Part shown: positions 56,176 to 61,927 of the stretch, piece by piece | How the letters are laid out: every line of letters starts with the position of its first letter | How positions within the stretch are numbered: the stretch's first letter is position 1 | Source of the DNA: a virus | Taxonomy: Duplodnaviria > Caudoviricetes | Reading direction: 5' to 3' (one strand) | Virus record (IMG/VR): IMGVR_UViG_3300027851_000029 | Coordinates: 1-61,927 of that record | DNA: 61,927 nucleotides | The notes under the pieces: model-generated | The model's database searches: none | The model's input: the letters and a program-made list of their open reading frames with translations, nothing else | What the model was told of the DNA's origin: nothing | Translations under genes and position numbers: made by a program

Positions 56176-56427
56176 TCATGCGTGCGGCACCGGGCCGCCA
56201 TTTTTGTGTTGCTCGCGCATCAGTTTCCCAAGCTCGGCCGCGCCGTCTCCGGCAATCGTCATGCCCTCCTTCTGCTGCCTGTAGTCGGCGAGCATCGAGC
56301 ACTCCGGGAAATCGCAAAGCGGCCCATCCACATGCGCACAACTTCCAGCGCTCTTGTCGCGGTACAGGTCGCAGCTATACACCGGGTCTGTGCTGCGGTC
56401 GAACAGCCGTTTCAGCCATGCAAACAT
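56176..56427 (-). CDS. Cys-rich hypothetical protein (cassette C5)
   Basis: RBS AAGGAG; C..Y....CAHVDG.LC....C. Confidence 0.65.
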   Translation of the reverse strand: MFAWLKRLFDRSTDPVYSCDLYRDKSAGSCAHVDGPLCDFPECSMLADYRQQKEGMTIAGDGAAELGKLMREQHKNGGPVPHA

Positions 56428-56451
56428 CGTTTTCTCCTTCTGTCGTATGCC

Positions 56452-56517
56452 GGCTAACCCGTTGGTCAAGCCGACCGTCCTCCTGCGGCGTCCGTCGGCT
56501 TACCGCTGGCGTTAATA
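56452..56517 (+). other. attC-like site A5
   Basis: R'' GGCTAAC, GGT[C]AAGCCGAC/GTCGGCTTACC, R' GTTAATA. Confidence 0.85.
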
Positions 56518-56738
56518 GATTTACAGCCAACACTCACTTAAAGCCGTGTTGACATTGGGACAGCGTAGCTGACACGCTGATTGCTGGCCATCAAATAGAA
56601 CCTCTTCGAGGTAGCCTATGCTTTCTCTCACCCGGACTTGATCGTTACGGTTACCGGCCTGAATAAGTTCCACTCTTTGACGGCACTGCGTTTGCAGTAC
56701 CTTTTCGTCGGCATCTCCCTATTGCTAGGCTCCGACTT

Positions 56739-56829
56739 GAGAGTGATTGAAGGTGGTGTCAGGTCTTAAAGGAAATAGCCCGCGTGTTACCGAAGACCCT
56801 CTCGCTGTCCACCACCTTCAATCACTCTC
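56739..56829. repeat. perfect 20-bp inverted repeat with inner stem
   Basis: GAGAGTGATTGAAGGTGGTG (56739-56758) / CACCACCTTCAATCACTCTC (56810-56829); inner GGTCTT/AAGACC. Confidence 0.9.
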
Positions 56830-57028
56830 TAACTACACACAAACTAACCACCACGCAGCGGCCTATGTGCGGGACGGTCTACCGTCCACTGTTTACCGTC
56901 TCACGCCCGGTAAAGCGCTGGCTGTCGTCTGCTCCGAAGAGTGCGAACCGCCAGGTGCAAGTTTTGAAAGAACCCATGTCGCCGCGTCGATCCGGGGCTG
57001 CTCCGACTTGTTTGTCGGCATGGATGTA

Positions 57029-57068
57029 GTCTAACCTAGATAGACACAACAAACTAACAAGATTAGAC
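57029..57068. promoter_or_regulatory. OL operators (x2) and leftward early promoter
   Basis: GTCTAACCTAGATAGAC and AACTAACAAGATTAGAC, 23 bp apart; -10 TAGACT on the minus strand. Confidence 0.75.
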
Positions 57069-57107
57069 CAAGCCGACAGACGGTAGCCTTCCGCGTTGCG
57101 CAGACGC

Positions 57108-57133
57108 AAAAAAACCCGCTCAGTGGCGGGCTT
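57108..57133 (-). terminator. terminator of the cI-lipoprotein transcript
   Basis: CCCGC/GCGGG stem followed by a T run on the minus strand. Confidence 0.75.
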
Positions 57134-57155
57134 GGCTGTTGTTGTGTTGCTTAAG

Positions 57156-57599
57156 TCACTGCGATAGCTTTATCGAGACAATCCTGTCGCCCCACAAAGG
57201 GCCTCTACAGTCTATTTCTGAGTCTTTGTAGCCGTGCTTTTTTGCTTGGAAGCACTCGGATGCCCATGACCTAGACCGCTGAGGGTGAACAAGCTTTATT
57301 GGTGACACGCCTATGGGACGAAGTTCCTGCGCTGTCGGCCCTGAGAAAAACTGCGCCCCTGGAGGGTCTGTATCTAGAAGAAGAATCGCAGGCTCTACAT
57401 CATCAAGCGGCACATACCCGATCGATCGCATCGAGTCGGTGCAGCTTCTGTGAATCGACAAGGCCATAGGTGTTCCGATCCATCCCCAACCATGTGCCGA
57501 GCAGTTTCGGATTTCTCCCGTTGCTGTAGATACGTGCATGGTGCTTTTCACTGCGCAGCCCGTGAGAGCTACAGCTACAAGGACAAGGGCAACTTTCAT
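57156..57599 (-). CDS. lipoprotein co-transcribed with the repressor
   Basis: Lipobox LTGC; ATGA overlap with cI; DTDPPGA..G.SP PEGA-like segment. Confidence 0.75.
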   Translation of the reverse strand: MKVALVLVAVALTGCAVKSTMHVSTATGEIRNCSAHGWGWIGTPMALSIHRSCTDSMRSIGYVPLDDVEPAILLLDTDPPGAQFFSGPTAQELRPIGVSPIKLVHPQRSRSWASECFQAKKHGYKDSEIDCRGPLWGDRIVSIKLSQ

Positions 57600-57997
57600 A
57601 AATCCTCCTTGATTGGTTTGGTGATCGGCATCTTACGCTCTACCTCTTCATCTGTGGCAGCTGTAGAGATGAAGGCCATCCAGAAGGCGCGAAGCTTTGC
57701 CCTTCTCTCTTCGGACAGTGAGTCGAAGTCGGCGGCAAACTTCATGGCATCTGGAGTGATGGAGTCCTCCCACAACAGGGCATCAGCAGCGACACCGTAA
57801 AGCTTCGCCAGCTCACGAAGCCTATATATACCCGGATCACCTAGGCCGGTCTCCCACGCAGAGACCGTTCCTTTTCCAATGCCGAAGTGCTTGGCAACCT
57901 GCTCCTGGCTCAACCCGTTCCTTATCCGCTCTGACTTCAGACGCAGGCCTACGCCTTGCCGTATAGGGTCATCACGTCGCTCGTCTTGAGTAGCCAT
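57596..57997 (-). CDS. CI-like XRE repressor without a peptidase domain
   Basis: GLSQEQVAKHFGIGKGTVSAWETG; divergent from cro. Confidence 0.85.
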   Translation of the reverse strand: MATQDERRDDPIRQGVGLRLKSERIRNGLSQEQVAKHFGIGKGTVSAWETGLGDPGIYRLRELAKLYGVAADALLWEDSITPDAMKFAADFDSLSEERRAKLRAFWMAFISTAATDEEVERKMPITKPIKEDL

Positions 57998-58027
57998 GGC
58001 GCATCATCCCCTGCCGTTCATCGGACA

Positions 58028-58068
58028 AACTAATCAAATTAGATGAAAGCGGCTAACTAGGTTAGACT
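58028..58068. promoter_or_regulatory. OR operators (x2) and rightward promoter (leaderless cro)
   Basis: AACTAATCAAATTAGAT and GGCTAACTAGGTTAGAC, 23 bp apart; TAGACT 6 nt before the ATG. Confidence 0.75.
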
Positions 58069-58074
58069 ACGGGC

Positions 58075-58326
58075 ATGAAAACAAACCCGGACCTACTTAA
58101 GTCAACCGCGCGTAGGGTGAATGAGCACTTTGGCGGACCTGCCGCTGTTGCTCGCGCTCTTGGCTATGACGACATGCGCAACGTCGCTTACTGGACCTCT
58201 GGTAAGCGCTGGTTCCCACCCAAGCACTGCGTAACGATTGAGCGCCTCAGCGGAGGGAAGATCACACGTAGCGAACTCAGGCCATACGACTTTTCCGAGT
58301 ACTGGCCTGACTTGGTTGGGGTGTGA
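58075..58326 (+). CDS. Cro-like (YdaS-type) regulator
   Basis: FGGPAAVARALG..V.YW..C..IE..SGG.ITR.ELRP.D...WPDL. Confidence 0.85.
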   Translation: MKTNPDLLKSTARRVNEHFGGPAAVARALGYDDMRNVAYWTSGKRWFPPKHCVTIERLSGGKITRSELRPYDFSEYWPDLVGV

Positions 58327-58329
58327 AGC

Positions 58330-58848
58330 ATGCAATACATCTACGTTTGCCTGTTCAGCAACGGTCACATCAAGGTAGGCAGAGCTGTCGACACCGCATC
58401 CCGTATTGCCACACACAAATATCGTGTTGCTTGCTTGGGAGTGAGCCTTGTAAGCCACGAAATCATTGCTTGTCCTGTTGATGTGAAGGACGCAGAAGCA
58501 GCACTCATTGATTGGTGTGTGCAGAACGCGGAAGAACGATTCATGAACGAATGGTTCTCCGGGCTCAATTACACAGATGTTGTCAACGAAGCTATCCGCT
58601 GCGCTGACGCAGACAAGTCTGCTGATTCTTCTACTGGATGGGCTGCTTATCTGATTCTGATCAAGCGTGCTGGCTACACACAAACACGCATTGCAGAACT
58701 GATTGGGTGCTCTCAGCCATCCATCGCCAACTTTGTCAGAGGAAGGAGTGAAAACCCATCCTTCAAGGTTGGATACGGTCTTATCCAGATCGGTCGCATG
58801 TGCGGAATTCCAGACCCTACCCACTTGTTCCCGATTCAGGAAGCCTGA
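58330..58848 (+). CDS. GIY-YIG (T5orf172-like) domain fused to an HTH
   Basis: YIY..IKVGRA..RI..E..EWF; GYTQTRIAELIGCSQPSIAN. Confidence 0.7.
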   Translation: MQYIYVCLFSNGHIKVGRAVDTASRIATHKYRVACLGVSLVSHEIIACPVDVKDAEAALIDWCVQNAEERFMNEWFSGLNYTDVVNEAIRCADADKSADSSTGWAAYLILIKRAGYTQTRIAELIGCSQPSIANFVRGRSENPSFKVGYGLIQIGRMCGIPDPTHLFPIQEA

Positions 58849-59321
58849 ATGTTTTCCCACCACGCACACGCTGGCACCCACTGCCAATGCACGACCACCC
58901 AACAGCGTTTCTCCCTGCGCTTGGTCGGCGTTTTTCTGCGTGGTGGTTTCTTTTTTCATAAGAGTTGCGAAGTCTTTCACAACTCACTTTTTTGTACATC
59001 ACCCATCGGAACTATGAACAAAGCACCAGCATGTGATTCCAGCCAGTGGCCGTGCGGGACCGCCAAGTCCACCGGAAACGCCTTCACCATGCCTAAACGC
59101 AGCCTGTTTGCAGATGACCAAGCAGAGCGAGCAAAGGCAACGCTTCATTCGCGCAATGTGGCCGTACATGCTCCAACAGGCGGTCACGCAGTCCACGGCC
59201 TGACGAACCTCAGTAAGCGTGGCCAACGACTCCTTGCACCAGTCAAGGTTGGTTTTTGCACTCCAATCGAACCCGCTGGCTCTGGCATTCGTCGGCTGGC
59301 AATTCAGAAAGCGAGCATCTA

Positions 59322-59528
59322 ATGGTCCCGAGCCAACGCCGACGCCTTGAAATGCTTCTGCGCCGCAAACGCGGTACGACAAGTTGGGAAGTGATGCAAG
59401 TTTGCCGCACTACCTGTCCTGGCAAACGAATCTCCGAACTCCGTCAAGCAGGCTGGACGATCCGCACTGAGTGGGTTGGTGAGCGCGAGTACATGCGGTA
59501 CTTCGGCGAAGCGCCTAAGGGATTCTGA
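59322..59528 (+). CDS. small winged-helix protein
   Basis: KRISELRQAGWTIRT; TGATG overlap with rep. Confidence 0.7.
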   Translation: MVPSQRRRLEMLLRRKRGTTSWEVMQVCRTTCPGKRISELRQAGWTIRTEWVGEREYMRYFGEAPKGF

Positions 59529-60322
59529 TGGCACGCATCAGGACCATAAAGCCAGAATTCTGGCGTGATGAGGACTTGTCAAGGATCAGCGCAGAAGCTG
59601 CTTTGCTGGCAATCGGGCTGCTCAACCACGCTGACGACGAAGGCTTCTTCAGTGCAAACACAAAGCTGATTGAAGCCGATGTTTTTCCACTACGGGAGTT
59701 GTCCGGTAGCGTTACTGGAATGGTAGAAGAGCTTCGCAGTATTGGTTATATCAAGGTGTTTTCAGGCTCTGACGGCAAGCGATACGGGCAAGTTGTCAAC
59801 TTTGAAAAACATCAGGTAATCAACAAGAAAAGTCCTAGCAAAATCAAAGACTTATGCGATTCTGAAGATGATTCCAGTAGTCCTACCGTAGTCCTACCTA
59901 CTGGAAAGGAAAGGAAAGGAAAGGAACATGGAACAGGGAGTGAGGAAAAGCCGCGCAAGCGCAGCCACTCTCCTGATTCTGATTCAAAAACCCTGAAGAC
60001 CTACCTTGCCGACTGCAAGGCCGCAGGTGCCAAGCCAATCCCCGATGACCACCACGTCAGAACCTGGGCAGCAGATGCCGGGATAACCGCCGACATGCTG
60101 CAGATCGCTTGGGTGCAATTCCGTGAGCGATACACAGAGGCCGAGAAAGGCAAGGGCAAGCGATACAAGGACTGGCCCGGTCATTTCGCCAACGCTGTCA
60201 AAGCGAATTGGTTCAAGTTGTGGTTTTCTGGCGACAAAGGGATGCAGTGGACCTCTGTCGGAATGACTCACAAAAACGTGCTGGATTCGCGTCTGGCTCA
60301 AAAGGAGACAGAACATGCGTGA
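59528..60322 (+). CDS. phage replication initiator
   Basis: MARIRTIKPEFW, ADDEG, NFEKHQ, YKDW; directly before the helicase. Confidence 0.85.
   Translation: MARIRTIKPEFWRDEDLSRISAEAALLAIGLLNHADDEGFFSANTKLIEADVFPLRELSGSVTGMVEELRSIGYIKVFSGSDGKRYGQVVNFEKHQVINKKSPSKIKDLCDSEDDSSSPTVVLPTGKERKGKEHGTGSEEKPRKRSHSPDSDSKTLKTYLADCKAAGAKPIPDDHHVRTWAADAGITADMLQIAWVQFRERYTEAEKGKGKRYKDWPGHFANAVKANWFKLWFSGDKGMQWTSVGMTHKNVLDSRLAQKETEHA
59872..59922. other. candidate replication origin inside rep
   Basis: Inverted repeat TTCCAGTAG/CTACTGGAA enclosing GTAGTCCTACC x2, followed by GGAAA x4. Confidence 0.5.
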
Positions 60323-61679
60323 TGACGAAACCGCAATCTTGCCTTGGTCGTTTGAAGCCGAGGCATCGGTTATCAGTTCGCTGCTGAATTCGCCGGATAC
60401 GTTCGACGTGGTTGGCGCGATCCTGAAGCCTGAAATGTTCCACGATGTGAACCACCGGGCGATGTACACCGCAATCGCCGGAATGGTGATGGCCTGCAAA
60501 CCCGTTGACGTGGTGACGGTTTTTGAATCGATGCAACAGGCCGGAAGTCTGGAAAACGTCAGCCTTCAGGACTTGAATGACGTTTGGCAGTATCTGCCAA
60601 GCCGTGGAAATCCCCTCCAGTACGCTCAGATCGTCGCAGAACGGGCTTTGATACGTGGGTTAATGGGTGCATCAGACCAAGCCCGAGAAATCGCTGTAAA
60701 ACCCGGATTGTCGGCATCGGAAAGACTGGACCAGTGCCAGCAGGCATTCCAGCAACTGACGGCGCAACGTGTGATGCGCGAGCCAAAGGTGGTCAGCGAG
60801 TTCGTTATCAGCCTGATCGACCGCCTTCAGGGCTTGGCCGATGGCACCGAGAAATCCGGGGTCAGGACGCGCATTCCGACGCTGGACATGATGCTGGGTG
60901 GTGGTTTCAAACCCGGCAAGCAAGTTGTCCTGGCGGCACGTCCTTCGGTCGGTAAGTCGGCCCTGGCGATGGAGTTCGCATACGCCTTCGCTGCGCAAGG
61001 CGTACCGGCTGCGTTTCTTTCGCAGGAAATGGAGTCATCCGAACTGGTTGACCGCCTGACAGCACGAATCGGAAGCATCGAACTCGGCAACCTGACAACC
61101 GGAAAGTTGACCGATAGCGAGTGGTCCAGCGTCACGGACGTGGTTGACCAGATCAGGGGCCTCCCGCTTTACATCGATGACCAACCGGGCCTAAGCCTTG
61201 GCGACATTCAGGCAAAAGCACGAAAGTTGGTGCGCGAGCATGGGATCAAGTTGTTGGTTGTTGACTACCTGCAACTGTGTTCACCAAGCGACGGAAAAGC
61301 AAGCCGACATCACCAGATCGAAGAAATCAGCCGCGGCCTGAAAGTGCTTTCAAAGCAATTGGGCATCACGACTGTTGTTCTGTCGCAGCTTAACCGTGAT
61401 GTTGAAAAGCGCGTCAGCGGAAAGCCTACGCTGGCCGACCTGAAGGAATCAGGCGCAATTGAAGAAGACGCCGACACGGTGATTTTGTTGAGCGCTGACG
61501 GCCAACGGGAAAACGGTGACGTGATCGTTAACGCTGAAGTCGCAAAGAACCGAGGCGGGAAAAAGGGATTCGTGAAGCTGGCCTTTGCTGGACGGTTTCA
61601 GAAGTTTGTCGAGACTATTGCTGATTCTCGTGAGTTCAGCACAGCAAAACCGCGCAACAAATACACAGAGGACGTTTGA
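60315..61679 (+). CDS. dnaB: replicative DNA helicase
   Basis: AARPSVGKS, VVDYLQL, LSQLNR, DLKESGAIEEDAD, KNRGG. Confidence 0.95.
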   Translation: MRDDETAILPWSFEAEASVISSLLNSPDTFDVVGAILKPEMFHDVNHRAMYTAIAGMVMACKPVDVVTVFESMQQAGSLENVSLQDLNDVWQYLPSRGNPLQYAQIVAERALIRGLMGASDQAREIAVKPGLSASERLDQCQQAFQQLTAQRVMREPKVVSEFVISLIDRLQGLADGTEKSGVRTRIPTLDMMLGGGFKPGKQVVLAARPSVGKSALAMEFAYAFAAQGVPAAFLSQEMESSELVDRLTARIGSIELGNLTTGKLTDSEWSSVTDVVDQIRGLPLYIDDQPGLSLGDIQAKARKLVREHGIKLLVVDYLQLCSPSDGKASRHHQIEEISRGLKVLSKQLGITTVVLSQLNRDVEKRVSGKPTLADLKESGAIEEDADTVILLSADGQRENGDVIVNAEVAKNRGGKKGFVKLAFAGRFQKFVETIADSREFSTAKPRNKYTEDV

Positions 61680-61680
61680 A

Positions 61681-61902
61681 ATGGAAAACCTTTACGCACT
61701 CCTTTGGAGCAAATCGCAGAACTGCCTTCACATCGAGCCTGTGGATAACTGGTTGAGCAAAAACCGTCAGGCATATCAGGATGAAGCGAGGCTCTGCGAT
61801 TACCACCCGATTGTCATTGCAGACAAAGAGACATGCCACCAGACTGCGGATTCAATTCGACCGACTCTGAAAGAGCGAGAAATCGTAAAGGCGTATTTTT
61901 GA
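61681..61902 (+). CDS. hypothetical protein
   Basis: RBS GAGG; YALLWS.SQNCLHIE. Confidence 0.65.
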   Translation: MENLYALLWSKSQNCLHIEPVDNWLSKNRQAYQDEARLCDYHPIVIADKETCHQTADSIRPTLKEREIVKAYF

Positions 61903-61927
61903 CCGACCTAGACCGACTAAAGCAAGC

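Noticed and set aside
57962-57970. TATAGGGTC similar to the late promoter box
   Set aside because: Two mismatches, inside cI, and not at the start of a late module
58849-59322. 157-aa ORF between the GIY-YIG gene and the winged-helix gene
   Set aside because: No RBS, atypical composition and T-rich tracts; at most a shorter ORF from 59014 or 59089 is real

Overview
The window is an almost complete genome of a temperate, short-tailed dsDNA phage, about 62 kb and high-GC. It is in the excised form: attP sits intact next to the integrase and no host genes are present. The architecture resembles 933W/F116/Bcep22-type podoviruses: terS-terL, a P22-like portal, an N4-gp56-type capsid, no tape measure protein and a ~3100-aa multidomain ejection protein. 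The host is probably a proteobacterium (inference only). Layout: rightward late operons (3135-42065: packaging, head, tail, ejection, collagen fibre, lysis), attP and a P4-like integrase (42114-43565), a leftward early/recombination operon (43581-57000: xis, rdgC, exonuclease, RecT-like), a cI/cro switch (57029-58326) and replication (rep, dnaB). Main observations: (1) The early region contains five complete integron attC-like sites and one partial one. In four small intervals the left R' box is exactly complementary to the right R'' box, which is the signature of true gene cassettes. The ORFs are antisense to the attC top strand and no intI is present, suggesting a phage cassette system that borrows a host IntI. 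(2) A catalytically intact tnpB with no tnpA sits inside a duplicated late promoter. It carries a copy of the phage repressor operator, and its predicted guide matches the empty promoter allele. (3) A small antisense membrane protein ends in a peptide that copies the repeated N-terminal motif of the adjacent giant ejection protein, a possible decoy-type superinfection exclusion. (4) An eight-copy late promoter motif, CATAGGGTT-N22-xAxxxT, is present, three copies of which predict leaderless mRNAs. All family assignments come from motif recognition by eye; no searches were run.
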